From NCBI GenBank assembly GCA_051294905.1, contig CM119373.1:3164001-3228000 (forward strand): DNA of 64,000 nucleotides. Direction: 5' to 3'. This document shows, one piece after another, positions 1 through 13,878 of this stretch. The DNA comes from Botryllus schlosseri. Its lineage: Eukaryota. Below the pieces are notes generated by a model. The model worked only from the letters and a program-made list of their open reading frames with translations. It had not been told where the DNA came from and made no database searches. Position numbers and translations under genes: made by a program. Numbering within the stretch: the first letter of the stretch is position 1; every line of letters starts with the position of its first letter.

Positions 1-752
1 GTTTTAGTTGCTTTGTAGCAAAAATTTTCTCGAAATAACCAGCTTTCCGTTTGTGAATATTTAGTGACTCTCTGCTCTGAGCTTGACCCGCAATCATACA
101 ACATCACGAGCGATATACGTAGTCAGCGAATGATGCTTATTCAACCAATCAATGACATTGATATCGTCTTCTGATGTAAAAAATCGAACGGGTGTACGGG
201 GTCAATCTTGACTTCATATCTTTATACCGTATCATTAAAACCAAATCCGTGCGATTAAGGTGCTTGTTACTGCTGCATAACTTGTTGTTGTTTGTGGTAT
301 CGGTAGCGAGTATAGAAACCCGTTGTACACTCTGCTCAATATCAATGTAGCAATACTCAGACTCAGAACACATTGTCCGGTCTGGCTAAGACCGTTAAGG
401 CGTAAGCTTATATTCATTGGTAAGTCCTCGTTGAAATTGTTGGCAAAGCGACGGAATGTATTGATTTTACGCAATTATTATATCCTTTGATTACCGCTGT
501 TGATACATTTAGCGACGTTGAAAATGCCGATATGTACTTCAGCATTGTGGCATTATGTGGACCGAGTCTTCGCTAGGTATCGTGTACATTAATATATATA
601 TATAGGCTATCACTTCATTGGAAGATAGGGTTGGAATTAGCAATATGACGTCACGTGACGTCACGAGGTTCACGTTCGTGTTCACACAGAACCTTTCAAA
701 AAGGTTCGCGTTCACACGAACCCGAACCTTTCAGAGGTTCACACCATCCCTA
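1..752 (+). mobile_element. TAGGGATGGTG-family MITE, left part outside the window
   Basis: Ends TTCACACCATCCCTA; colinear similarity to 5990-6665. Confidence 0.8.
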
Positions 753-3700
753 TAATAAACCAATGATGATGATGATGATGATGTGGGCAAGATGTGTACC
801 AATGTGTACCAATATGATTACCGGCTGGCAACTATCTAAATTTTTCTCTCCCTTGAACGCGACGAGAGAGTGCAACAGTGAACAATGTGTGCCAGCAATC
901 TCGAAAAGGGAAGAAGTGACACGTCACGTCGATTGACATGGATCGATGTATTGTTATATAGGTTACTTTTTCGTAAAAATATTTTATCTGCAATAGAAAT
1001 ACGGTGGACATTTTAGTGTAGCGGTCCAGATTCGACCAACTGACAAACAGCTACTCAAAGGTTTATGTCCTAGGATAGGAGAGATGAAAAAGTTAATATT
1101 TGCCCAAGTTCATGTATCAGTTCCATTGCCGCAGTCTCACAAACACCAATCTGCACCCCCGGTTGAGAACCACTGAATTGGACTGATTTGAGAAGTCGTT
1201 CCCAACGTGGGCAATTTTGAGAAACAAGAAGGCGAGAATAACAAAGTGGGTCACGGGACCGGATAACCCGAACATCCGCTTTAATCGGCCAATATGATTA
1301 TGAACGAAACAGAAGTAAAATTATGCGTAAATATATCCCTAGAATTCAGATAGTTTTTCGCTTAATTCGTACACAGACTGGTAATTCCTAACATTAAGTT
1401 ATGACTGGGGCCAGTTTTGACAACTTTTGCAACTTTTGTTTTACAGCTTCCCATATGCTATGTACTATGATGTTTTAAGCTTTTTGGGGGGTTTTATAGT
1501 GCAACTTTTTGCAACTTTTCTCTCTTTTTCACACCAATTTCTACTGCAACTTTGATCAAATATTGCGTAAAAATCTAAAGGGGGTTTAAAAGCATGCTAT
1601 AAGCTATTTCTAGTAGCCCATGGTTCTATTCTCTTTGATTTGCAAAACAAATACCTACATGATGGGTTAGCTGCATCTCACTGTGTAATCTATGACACAA
1701 TCGCTTGAAAACAAGAAGTTCAACTATCCCTGCCAAGCACCACCGTGTCCGAACAATACGAAAATAGATCGCTTTATAAATTCAATCGTTTGAGATAATT
1801 TCCCGTGTGACGAACGCCCATGCGAGAACGCCGAATTTACATATTCAGGCTGTTGATTTTGTTAAAGTCGCCAAGGGTGAGTGTTTCTGCAACGCCTTGG
1901 GTCAAGTTTACAGAGCTAGGGGGTTTAGGGTGTGTATTTTGACTTGTTTTAACGAGTGGGTTATCGCTATGCTTTTGGGCTTTTTTGGGGAAAATTATTC
2001 CCGCATTGCGTAATTTTCTTGCTGTGTACCGGCAAAAAACGGAAGGTGGTCTTGCCAGAATGTTCGTGAAATGGCAAAGTGACAAATTTGACAACTCTGC
2101 AGGAACTAGGTTATACAACTGAACCTTTCGAGTATCTCATACCCTACCAATTGAAAAATTTATAAATGCAACTTTTTACTACAACTCTTGTCAAAATTAA
2201 GTGCAACTTTGTCGCGATTTTAGTGCAACAAAAGCTTGCCCTATATAGGCTACTTATGACAAAATAAACAGTACTTCGGTCGTTTTAACACAATATGAGT
2301 GATTATGATTAAAAAACGATAACTACAGCAGTAACAATCGACAATGAACTAGTGTAATACTGTGCCAGCTTTACAAAGTAATACACTATTTTTTCAATTG
2401 TCAATTGCTGTCGTATCGCGCAAATGCAATTGATTTATCACGCAACATTATGGCATGTTCAATGCGTTATTGTCTGCCTTTGTACATGACGATGAAGCGA
2501 ACAATTGGGTTTTCACCTAATTCGGACAAAGTCGTTTCATTCGGCCAAATGTGAGGAGAATCAAACGATTCGAATTAATCGTAGTGGACTGAATATTTAA
2601 GACGATGAAATTAAAATGACTCTCTTGTATTCTGAGCGGAGTGTTTATGAACACTTTGTTTGGTCGATAACTTGTAGAACAATACTGCATTCGTAACATT
2701 CCTCGTTAAATCATTAATTTCCATGTATCCTATGGGCGGGAATTTGCAGCCATCAATTATAATTGTCAAACATTACCTCCTCAAATGTCCGATTCCAACT
2801 TCCTGCAAACGCAGCGATGTCTTCTTTTCTTCTTTGTTAGCTATACGTCGACGGTATAGTCTACAACATATAGCTTGCGATACTATCTGTTTTGTTTTAG
2901 TACTGTAGGCCCTATCTGCATGTACGGGTATTTGTTTTATTTCCGCGTTGCTATGACTATTTGCAGAGTGGAATTTGGATGCATTGAAAGTCATGCGCAC
3001 ATCACAATCGTTGACGTAGTTATTACGGAAATAGAACATCAGATAGTTTCAGCTTGTGCTCCCAGCGGCAATGAGTTTGAACGATTGTTCGGTTTAATGT
3101 GGATACAGCAGTATATGTCGCAATGAAACCGCATTGTCATCTTAATCTTACTGTGATCCAATATAATTTGAACATCTACATTCACATAGATAACCAGGCA
3201 ATTAAACATCTCTCATTTCTATCCTTTATACCAGAGGTGTCAAAAATGAGTCTGAAAAGCAGACATGGGGTAATCGCGATTAGTAATCGTAATCGATTAC
3301 GACGATTACAGCATTTTCAAGTAATCGTAATCGCAATCGATTACATTCGAAAAAATCCCGAAGTAATCGTAATCGACTACTTCCCATATTTAATCGATTT
3401 CTCTGTAAAAGAACGATTACTTTTTATTTTTGCAAGGACTATGACATAAACTGAACATTCGTGAACAAGGAAGAGATAGTATACCAGGCTCGTGACAGCA
3501 CAAACGTCTGATTTTCAAATGCCACAGCTCATTATTACGTCAGAAGCAGCCTATTAGCTTTGCGCGTCATTGCGTAAGAACTATCCACACTAATATATAT
3601 AAATAGATATTCGATGTACACATACGTCGCACATTAGTGTCATTGTAAGAACACCCGTCGTGCTATATATCAGGTTATCAACGCGTTCCACTACCTCGCA

Positions 3701-4270
3701 GCAGGATAATTCATCTCCGCTCTGCCCAGTTTAAAATTGTAATTTATGGTTGATGTTTGGTTATGCTTGTGCTCCGTTATACGCTATTTGGCCGTAACTG
3801 CTTGGCAAGCAGTAGGCCTATTACGTACATCAAGATTTGAAATTTTGTACTCGTCAAATAAAACATTGCGATTTCCACAACGAAGCAGTAAAAATCAACA
3901 GCTGGTGATATATATATATATATATATATATATCAAAACCGAGCCGTTTTTGCCGTGTCTCGTATCGGCAGCTTGCAGTACAATATCTGTATTAAGTTGA
4001 AGGCAGAATTTTATGTTCGCTTCGTCTTATTCTCATATGACTCTACTCGAAACGGGCGCCAATCTTTACTCAACATTGGGACCTGCCGCCATGGCCATGG
4101 GCCTATATATATCATGTTAGCATGCTGGGCTGTAGCTGGAATTAGGACCCCATACCGTCCCCGTAGGGTGGAAATCGCAAGATGAAGACTAAATTTCGTC
4201 AATAATTGCATTATATTACTATTGATTTTTAATCCTCTCTCAGCCCCCGATGGTCAGATTCACCTGTAGA

Positions 4271-4535
4271 GTTTGTTTGTTTGAGGTAATCGTGGTGTTT
4301 GTCGACTACACCGGTCACTTACACCAGGTCGATTTCTTCATTTTTGATTCCGTATCTGCCGACTTGTAGCACGGCCCACTTCCAGGCTTATTGTAAGACA
4401 CCGCTTACGCGGATGAGGCGGCGAGGAGTAGCCAACACTTACAAAGGATTTCTGAAGTCGACCTCGGTCGGACGCGAACCCGCAACTCAATGGCGTTGCA
4501 GCCGTGGATTATACCACTGCGCGATCTCGCCACAG
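4271..4535 (-). mobile_element. tRNA-derived SINE, family B (apparently full length)
   Basis: Same head as 16312; (CAAA)n tail; absent from the sister element at 60149-62192. Confidence 0.85.
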
Positions 4536-5756
4536 AATTACCTGCATGTAGAGCTGCGGCACGTAATTCATAATTATAACCTCTGGTATCTTGTTATAAT
4601 TACTTAAGTGTATGTTGGTAATTCGTGACCTCCGGTTTCTTCCAAACGATATTGTAGTGGATCAAGCGTAGCAGACTAGAAGAAAAACTTTCGTGAGTCG
4701 CACAAACAAATTGTAATGTCTTTATATCTGAATGCATGTTTAGCAACTCAAGTTGTAAATTAACAGGGTCAGTGGCCACATTAACTACAATAGGACTTGA
4801 AAACATTTTCATTATGGCGAAAAAAGCATTCCTTCCGTCAATGCGGCCGTTGAACTCAACAATCAAGTCAAATGATCCATTGGTTTGATGGTCAGATAGC
4901 TTTGTAAAACGTGTTGCAACACCACCGGCACTTAATTAAGTCTGATGATGAGCAGACTTAAATTTGAGTGACGATCCAAACGCATTTGAGTGTGAGCATA
5001 CTTCTTGACGTGAGTTGAGTAACGAAATCGTTGCTGAGTAGAGAATCGCTACTCGACAGCAAAGGAATTGGTCTCCACCCATGATTATAAACTCCAGATT
5101 CCAAGCCAAGCAAGTGTAATTTTTGAAAATCAATTTTTTGTTTGTTCTAAATTGATTTTAAAATATTTTTGTTGGATTTTCCCACGTCAATAGGAGCAGC
5201 AAGTTGGCTAGCTCGGAGCCGCATGTGGCTCTCAGAGCCGCGGTCGGGAATCACTGATCTAGAGAGGATTTTCAAGTTAATTAGATCTCTCAAAAATACT
5301 CTATAACAGTGGTTCTCAACCTTTTCCACCTCGCGGACCGGTAAAAATTGAAAAAATATTCGGCGGACCGGCGGACTTTCAAAAATTGAAATCAACTCAT
5401 AGCGTGCAGTATGCAACTGTTTTATGCGAGTATATGGTGCTAGAGAGTAACATTTTGAGGCTTTTTATTGTAATTAATTATGTTCATTGCGGCATCCATC
5501 TGATTTTACCGTAGTGAGTCTGCTTAGTCGAGGTAAAATCGCCTTGCCTAGATAAACGTGCTAACGCCGAGAGTCGTTTACAGTCTTTCGCGCCGAAGTC
5601 AATGGATTTAACCGACCAAGCTAACTCGAATATTAATATTCTCTTCGACAGTATCGAGAGAACGAACGTTTCGGGGTCGAACTAAGCACCTTGACGTGCT
5701 GCCTTGCTCATTGCCCATTACCACTAGTCGTTAATTGGTTTTATTATACTATGAAT

Positions 5757-6665
5757 TACGGATGGTGTGAGCGTGAGATTCATGTTCGCGTTCTGTGTGT
5801 GAACGTCAGAAATTTAGAGGTTCACGTTCACAAACGGATCTTCGTAGGTTCCGCACCGTGAACCATTTTCATATATTAAAGTTTTTCACATCATAACATC
5901 ATTGGTTGAAATTCTTTGCTTTTCAACTTCGGGTCACTATGCATGACGCTGGCAATATAAAAATATCAACATATTATAGTTTGCACGAAATATCCAGCTT
6001 TCCTTTTATGAATATTTAGTGAGTCTCTGCTTTGAGCTTGACCCGCAATCACACAACGTCAAGAGCGAAATACGCTACATATAGGTAGATAGCGAATCAT
6101 GCTTCATTACACCAATCAATGAAATTGATGTAAACATTACATCAATGTCTACTGTAAAAAATCTAACAAGCGTACGGGATCCATCTTGATTTTATATGTT
6201 TATTGTATCATAAAAACCAAATCTGTGCGATTGGTGTGTTGGCCTCTGTATAACGTGTTAATGGGATGCAAGTATACAAGCTCGTTTAACACTCAGCTCA
6301 ATATCAATATATCAATAGTCAGACGCGGAATACATTGTCCGGTCTGGCACAGATCGTCAAGCCGTAAGCTTGTATTCCGTTGCAGGACCTCGTCGAATTT
6401 ATTGTTGGCAAAACGACGGAAGATATTAATTTTATGGGAATATTATATCATTTGATTGCTCCAGTTGATACATTTGCTGACTTTTAAAAAAATCAGCATG
6501 TACTTCAGCATTGTGGCATAATGTGGCCTCACTCGTCGCTGTACGTTACAAGTACATTAATATATCACTTCATTGAAATATGTAAGGTTGGAATTTGCAA
6601 TATGACGTCACGTAACGTTCGCGTTCACACGAATCTAAACCTTTGAGAGTTTCACACCATACCTA
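5757..6665 (+). mobile_element. MITE of the TAGGGATGGTG family; other copies at 1-752 (+) and ~23910-25090 (-)
   Basis: Ends TACGGATGGTGTGA / TCACACCATACCTA; near-TSD CTATGAAT/CTATGAAG; ~700 bp of internal similarity among the three copies. Confidence 0.8.
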
Positions 6666-7244
6666 CTATGAAGACAATGCGCCGCACGAAAACACCCGAC
6701 AACAGCTATACCTGGCCAGTGGCCATCCACATAATCACAAGCTGATCGTCAGCCTAACTGCTCAAAGACAGTGGTTTGGGCCTACAAGGCGATAAACCAA
6801 TACTTCCAGGGGTCATCGCCCAAGACCTCACAGCTGATTTGTTGTTTCCACCAGTACTTGTGAACACATTCAATCTACTGAGTATAGGCAAAGAGTTTAC
6901 TAAACGTAGTTCATGACCGAATCGATCAATAAAATGGTTAATTGCATATATATTGCAGTAAATTTTTATACTCTCAGAATTGTCAGACGGTGGAGATGAT
7001 TGAGGTGTCGTGTTGGAAAATTTAGGACACGTAATTAATAAGTTGGGTTGGTCTGTTGGAATAAATACCTCATTGATTATCAATCTTTCGTCACCTACTG
7101 TCTTAGATAGATATTGAAATCATCCAAGCGTACTAAACTAAAGGACGCACACGATTACAAACTGGTATTTCTTAAGTGATGGGGTATGGCCTGACGCCGA
7201 AATGCCCATTTCTATAATTCATGAGTATATCTTGAGGGAAGGAC

Positions 7245-8491
7245 CAGGGCTTTGGAGCCGGATCCGGAGCCCGGATCCGGAGCCCCGGAGCCGTGCATTT
7301 TCACCGGAGCTGGAGCCGGAGCCGGAGCTCTACATAAAATTTAGCCGGAGCCGGAGCCGGAGCTGGAGCCCGTTATTTGAGGAGTAGCTCCGGCTCCGAC
7401 CTATTTCATATAAGATGCTATTATATATGCAACAACCACATCTGCTAATTTATCATAATTGAACTGAATTTTAATGCTGTGCACAGCAATGGCATGGAGT
7501 AAATTGCGTTCTAGTGCAACTATGATGTTGTCGACAATTGACAAGTATTCAGTATGAAGTCACAAGGCGGCACGGCGGCACCTATATGTCTTTGTTGCTA
7601 CATCGGATGTTACTGACGGCTGACGGACTCTAGATTACTATAGATAACTAACCTATTAGTAGATTAGTAATCTATATAGACCAGGAATGGCCAACCTTTT
7701 CGGCTAAAGGGGCACATGAAATTGACGAACGAGTGCGCGGTCCACTAGCCACGCCAAGCGGGTACAATTTTCTAAGTTTATAAATAAAGTAGGAGAGTAT
7801 TGCGGGTCTATTGTATACCACCCGCTAGGCTCAGCTGCAAAGACACGACTATTCGGCGTCTGGACACATCGATATCGAAGGTCTCCGATAATATGCGACA
7901 ATCATTTTGTGCCTACATTTCACTGTCGACGATTTTTATGCGATCGCACACGCGAAAAGACTTTCTTCCGTAATTGCGAATACAGTTAGATTCAATCGGG
8001 TAAATTAGGCGTTTTTTTCATTTTCAGTAGGGGGTAGGATGCCAAGCAAGAAATCATGTGACAATTAATCACGCGAAGCGTGAAGAAAAATTTCGCTACT
8101 ATTTTAGTTTATTGTGATGTACGATGATTTACTGAAAATGTGACTGGACCCTGGATCTGCCAATGCGTAGGAACTGATATTTTAGTCATCAACATCCCAA
8201 GTGTCGCAGCCAGAATTGTAATTTTTGGTTGGCATTGCAAGTTCACAACCTGAGCAATTCATTTTCGATAATATAATAGGACATTACCTCGCGGGCCACG
8301 CAAAACCCTATCGCGGGCCACCCCTGATATAGACAGGACCATTCGATAATTTCATAGCCGGAGCCGGAGCTGGAGCCGGAGCACTGGGTATAATGCGGCT
8401 CCGGAGCTGGATCCGGAGCTAATGTATGATAGAAGAGAGCTCCGGAGCCGGAGCTGGAGCCGTTTAAATTTACGGCTGCTCCAAAGCCCTG
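7245..8491. mobile_element. hAT-type MITE with CCGGAG subterminal repeats, third nesting layer
   Basis: TIR CAGGGCTTTGGAGC / GCTCCAAAGCCCTG; TSD GGAAGGAC (7237-7244, 8492-8499). Confidence 0.92.
7682..8326. mobile_element. hAT-type MITE, fourth nesting layer
   Basis: CAGGAATGGCC / GGCCACCCCTG; TSD ATATAGAC (7674-7681, 8327-8334). Confidence 0.85.
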
Positions 8492-10798
8492 GGAAGGACG
8501 CCTAATAATAAAAACATTTAGCGGCACTACCTCGAAAGTTTAGTTATAAAATTGCAAAATACCTCGCGGACCGGCTGGAAAGTCGTCGCGAACCGGCACC
8601 GGTCCGCGGACTGGCGGTTGAGAACCACTGCTCTATAACTTATGTTGGTTTACGAAATACTTTTTGAGTCCCCTTCGAGCTCGCTCCCCACCACATTGGG
8701 AAGGGGGCGGTAATTATGGCCCTGGCAAGAATGCAAATCATTGCGCGCGATAAATTGACCCCTATAAAAATGGGCAATGGGTACATTATGATGTAATAAG
8801 CAGATGACGCATCTCTTTTAAAGGGAGTTTGTTATCTCATTAGGCCTCTTCAGCGCAATCCATATATATTGTCTTCCAACATAGCTTCTAAGATGCAAAA
8901 TAAATGTAATCGTGAGTAATCGTGATTACTTTTCCAATGTAATCGTAATCGTAATCGACTACTTCCTGATGTTGCTGTAATCGTAATCGTAATCGTAATC
9001 GCGTCATTCATAAGTAATCGTAATCGCAATCGATTACAATCATAAAGTAATCACCCCATGTCTGCTGAAAAGTGACTAATACAGGTGTTCATTTCACCAG
9101 ATGGTTCGTTACTTACTTACTTACCCAGATTCACGCACATCCAAGTCTTTCAACGCTTGCCCGTATGACTATACGCGTAGCCAAGATGAATATTTTGGGG
9201 CTTTTGCATAAATTGTATATTAGTTGGGATTTTCTTCACAATGCTGTGACGTCACATAACCACTATGACGTAACACCCGCAGATGATGTCACAATAGGTT
9301 GGGGCGAATGTCTAACGCTTTGAGGGAAAAGGTCACCTAGTTAGACTAGTTATTGCTGGAGTGGAATCTCGTAGGCATACTTTTGGTGGAGTAGGTAGCC
9401 TACCTTCGTTAACCTTACGACACTTCCTCCCTCAATATCCAACAAGGTGGGCAAAACCCATGCTTTGAATTTATACAAATTTCACCGTTTCCATACGAAT
9501 ACATTCAGTATTTCATCCTCATCGCCGAATTAAAGCTTCAGGATACATCAAGCATGGTCGTAATGTACGTTTCTGTTACATATGATGCTTGAGTAGTATT
9601 CGATACTGACGAAACGATGTTAATTTATTCGCAAGTATAATTGAACATAGCTGCTTCCAGGATAAGACAAAACTACTGTTAGCACAGGGCTTCATAAAAT
9701 TTTGTGGTCGCGGACCCTTTCGACTCTATTTAGGCTATTTATAAATGCCGGAAATTAGCTAACTACTGTCTATAGACGTGGTAGCGTAGTCCCACTCCAA
9801 GCGTCATTGTCCGAGGATTGTTATCTGGTTTTGCAGTTTCCTGATGACGTAATTCAACATTATGCCCTTTGATGGACCTTCTAATATTAGTCCGCGGTCC
9901 CAAGTTAGACGGCCCATCTCAAAGAAGGAGTAGAGGACTGGCTGAAAAGTACTCCAATACGTAAGGTGTCGCAGATTTTTATCAGTCGAACGCAGGTGAT
10001 AATTTCATGACGCACCGCGGCCAAAAGCTAAAGTGATGCCGCTAAAAGCTGTATTTTTTTAACCATATCATGTTACCGTATTATGATGGATATCGTTGGG
10101 ATGTATAGATGACAGTTTCCCTCATCAAACTAAGCGAATGTAAACTACGTTTTATAGTACCAAAGTTAGTTGCATAACGAATATGTTTGTAAGCCCTAAA
10201 GTCTTTTGAATTTCGCTGGAAATGGTTTAAAAACAGTAATACTCGGTTCAAACCCTACTGCCCAACACTCTTGATTTGAGAATGCTTGACGGCTAGAAAT
10301 ATAATCCGACCCACAGCTTGAGATGCCTTGCGACAAACGGTCCATGCTCTCTTCTACACGGTAAGTACGAGATGGCAGAATCGCGAAATTATCCGCTTGA
10401 GGCATCACAAAGGAGAGATTTCAGTGCATGGCCGCCAACGAAGCTAGGCGCTATAGAGAAAATTTCTCTTTTCCGCTTTGCGAAAGTTCTGTGTCCCCGT
10501 CTCGCTCTTTTGCGATTCAACGTGCTGAGAAGATGACAGGAACTGGTTGTGCTGCAGATTTCAAAACTTTCTTGGCGAGTAACGGCGTTGCATAGCGCCA
10601 TATCAAGAAATTGGAAGGTAGATAAATAGCTTAAGCATTAATGTACCCTGTTATATAGATATCTGATATAAAGTACGATCCTAATCTGTATCTAGCTCAC
10701 TCACGCATAGCTTAAGCAATATGCCCTGTTATAACGCAGCTATAGCTATTTATATATAGCTCTCCGCTTTAAACTTGTAACATTGCGTAACTAGCGAT

Positions 10799-11724
10799 TA
10801 GGGCTGGGCACAATGATTAAAGTACGCGAATTTTGAATGAGTATCAATTTTACTGATTTAAGTGTAGTGGTAAAAGACGATATTTTCAAGTATGAGACGC
10901 TCTTCGCCATGAGTACCGGTATCAATTTTTCAACTGGAATTGAAGTTGCAATACTTTTTTCTACTGTGTTAGCAGTATTTTACAAGATGTTCTGTTATGA
11001 ATCTGTATTTACCTAAGGCTCATCACAAAACCATTGCCTATCAAGGTCCTCTAATATGGAACTCCATTCCTTCGCATATTAGGAGCAATACTTTATATGT
11101 ATTTAAAACCATGTATCGTGCCTTCCTTATTGAATCATACAAAAGCTAAAATGTATTTTTAGTGCGAACTAGTACCGGTCAACATATCTTGTTTGTTTCA
11201 GACCAGTACAATTTCTGTTCTTTTCCTCTATTTATCCTAATATGTGCTCTTTCATTTACCCTGTCAGTCTTACAACTCACTGTTGCAGTACGATGTATGT
11301 AATTTATAGCCAATCTACTTCGATCAGCTGCAGTAGACTCGATGATCAACAGATCACTTCGCTGCAGCTTCATCTTGCAATCATAATACATATTGGCCAA
11401 TTCTATGAACTGTATATCGTATTCGTACACATCTCATTTGCTTTGAAATTGACACTGTCACCATTTTTTTGTATGTGTCCGTGATTCTGAAGCTTTGCTA
11501 TTTTTTTACTGTTTTGTTATCTTGCGATGATGAATAAAAAATTCTTTCTCTCTCTCTCTCTGATTGGCCGTATTGCAGCGTACCAACCATAGTAAAAAGC
11601 TTTAAATCCTGTCAATTTACATTCTGTTTTGGTGTCATAATGAGTGGTACTAGAATACTCAACTTGAAGCATGAGCCGTGATCTAGAATCGAAGCACTAT
11701 GGCACTCGATTTTGCCCAGCCCTA
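10799..11724 (+). mobile_element. TAGGGCTGGGCA-family MITE carrying a LINE tail; second copy 30250-30769
   Basis: TIR TAGGGCTGGGCA / TGCCCAGCCCTA; near-TSD CTAGCGAT/CTAGCGTT; second copy near-TSD CTTGTAGC/CTAGTAGC. Confidence 0.8.
10960..11560 (+). mobile_element. CR1/L2-group LINE 3' end
   Basis: TIAYQGPLIWNSIPSHIRSNTLYVFK...stop (WNxLP motif), then 3' UTR ending AATAAAAA plus (CT)n; absent from the sister MITE at 30250-30769. Confidence 0.7.
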
Positions 11725-11863
11725 CTAGCGTTGGTAATCTACACAATTGAGTGAGCAGTTGTGATCGATGCATCTTGTAGGGTGTTAAATGGTGTTACGA
11801 ATAGTGATCTAGAATGTTTTTCTTTGCATTTTGTCTAGAAGTAATTATATTAGAGTGTCGTAA

Positions 11864-13120
11864 ATGTCAAATGGAAAATGTTGGCTGTGCCCGTTCGTTG
11901 GGAGTTCGGATCGGATTACAAATCATCTCTTGAAACGTCGCAAGGACCATCCGAGTCTGATTTATACATGCAAGCTCTGTGGAATAGTGTTTCACGATCA
12001 TCATCAGTTAAAAAATCATTGCCGGAGACGTCATAAGAGTCGAACAGAATTAGATTTGAGTGATATGCTCGATGAAACTACTAGTGGAAATAGCTTATTA
12101 GAGGTTATATGGAGTGTGATCAATCATCACATGTCGTTGAAAGTCCTGTCGCGCCCTTGTTGAAAGGCTCAAAGATGATGGCTTACCAGAATTTATTTGT
12201 ATTGATAAACTGTTGTATGTAAATGATCAAATATTTTGCAGCTACCATAAACTGGATGTTTGTACTTTTAATTTCACAATGAATTCATTCGGTATTAGAC
12301 ATAGCAATATCTGTGGGTTGTACTGCATTTATGGTCATGAATTTCAGTGGCCTCAAATCAGTCATATTATTGATGACCAGCAATTTGTAATGACGAGGCA
12401 TGTTGGACATGTGTACTGCTTGTAACGATGGGGATTATCCGTCATATTGATGTTACGTTCAAAATTGTTACATTGTTTTTTTAGAGAATGACGTCAATTC
12501 GTAGAGCCGTCAGTCCGCTGTGATTTAGCTTCTTCAGAAGCAGCTACGCCAGTAAGTATTTGATAAAATTTTGCAATGAATTTAGCTAACCTGTCTGCCT
12601 CAGCAGTCCACACTTCCTCGAGAAGACGACAACTCGACATATCTCCTTGTGGATGATATGGTAAATATCCACATTATTCTAGTAGGACACTAACTCATAT
12701 TTTCATCAATTAACAGCCACCATGCAGTATCAAGCACCTCGATCCTCCGATGCCCTTGCCGGAATTCAGTGTGAAAGTTGAACTAGCACTGAAGCAACGT
12801 ACAGCTTATGAAGTTATCAACCTCGTAGTGGAGATGTGTGCAAATCACATCCTGAACAATGGTGACATAACCAATAAGTCATCGTATCGAAAGTTTGGAA
12901 AGGCACTCGTGGAAAAGTATCCGTGCTTAGGATCTACCTTACAGAACCCCCCCTGAGTAAAGTAAACTGGTCTCATTGGTCTAAATTCATTTGCACTGAT
13001 CATCTCGTTTTTTTTTCTAGGAAAATTTCAACACGAAACTGTCTCAGAGATTGAGAGCGCTCAGACTTCTCAGACAACATCCTGCTTCCCTTAAAAACGC
13101 TTCTATGTCAGCAGTGTCAG
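11864..13120 (+). pseudogene. EnSpm/CACTA-associated gene fragment: two C2H2 zinc fingers plus SAMD3-like region
   Basis: CWLC...H and CKLC...F...LKNHCRRRH fingers; SYRKFGKALVEKYPCL...NPP(stop, likely TGG>TGA)|GT..AG|ENFNTKLSQRLRALR resembles accessory proteins of animal EnSpm elements (recalled, not searched). Confidence 0.55.
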
Positions 13121-13125
13121 GTAAA

Positions 13126-13878
13126 TTACTGCGAGTATATAAAAGTAGTCCGTTAATGTGGGCCAGTTTAATTACAACATAGTTTGTACTGTGAGTATAT
13201 AGAAGGAGTCCGTTAATGTAGGCCATTTTAATTACAACATAGTTTGTACTGTGAGTATATAGAAGGAGTCCGTTAATGGAGGCCAGTTTAATTACAACAT
13301 AGTTTGTACTGTGCGTATATAGAAGGAGTCCGGTAATGTGCGCCAGTTTAATTACAACATAGTTTGTACTGTGCGTATATAGAAGACGTCTGTTGGTGTG
13401 CGCCAGTTTAATTACAACATAGTTTGTACTGTGCGTATATAGAAGTGGTCTGGTGGTGTGCGCCAGTTTAATTACAACATAGTTTGTACTGTGCGTATAT
13501 AGAAGGAGTCCGGTAATGTGCGCCAGTTTAATTACAACATAGTTTGTACTGTGCGTATATAGAAGAAGTCCGGTAATGTGCGCCAGTTTAATTACAACAT
13601 AGTTTGTACTGGGCGTATATAGAAGTGGTCTGTTGGTGTGCGCCAGTTTAATTACAACATAGTTTGTACTGTGCGTATATAGAAGTGGTCTGGTGGTGTG
13701 CGCCAGTTTAATTACAACATAGTTTGTACTGTGCGTATATAGAAGTGGTCTGGTGGTGTGCGCCAGTTTAATTACAACATAGTTTGTACTGTGAGTATAT
13801 AGAGGTGCTGGTCTGGTGGTGTGCGCCAGTTTGATTACAACATAGTTTGTACCGTGCGTATATAGAAGTGGTCTGGTG
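13126..13878. repeat. 60-bp minisatellite, ~12.5 copies
   Basis: Unit AGAAG(17 variable nt)CCAGTTTAATTACAACATAGTTTGTACTGTGCGTATAT repeats in register with the 60-bp lines. Confidence 0.97.

Larger units (their letters stand above)
5307..8630. mobile_element. hAT-type MITE (GCGGACCGG family), second nesting layer
   Basis: TIR CAGTGGTTCTCAACC / GGTTGAGAACCACTG; TSD CTCTATAA (5299-5306, 8631-8638). Confidence 0.9.
3260..9064 (+). mobile_element. hAT-type element with GTAATC subterminal repeats, copy 1, expanded by nesting
   Basis: TIR CAGACATGGGGT / ACCCCATGTCTG; TSD CTGAAAAG (3252-3259, 9065-9072); backbone matches 60149-62192. Confidence 0.9.

Noticed and set aside
655..936. ORF with a poly-Met run
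   Set aside because: (GAT)n microsatellite next to a MITE end.
1400..2245. Element with GCAACTTT repeats at both ends
   Set aside because: Probably a transposon remnant, but TIRs and TSD could not be matched convincingly and no coding motif was recognised.
7202..8527. PEPE/RSRS/GSGS low-complexity ORFs
   Set aside because: Translations of CCGGAG subterminal repeats of a MITE.
13126..13878. CRISPR-like repeat/spacer appearance
   Set aside because: Variable blocks are short, related to each other and recur; no cas genes; eukaryotic context.
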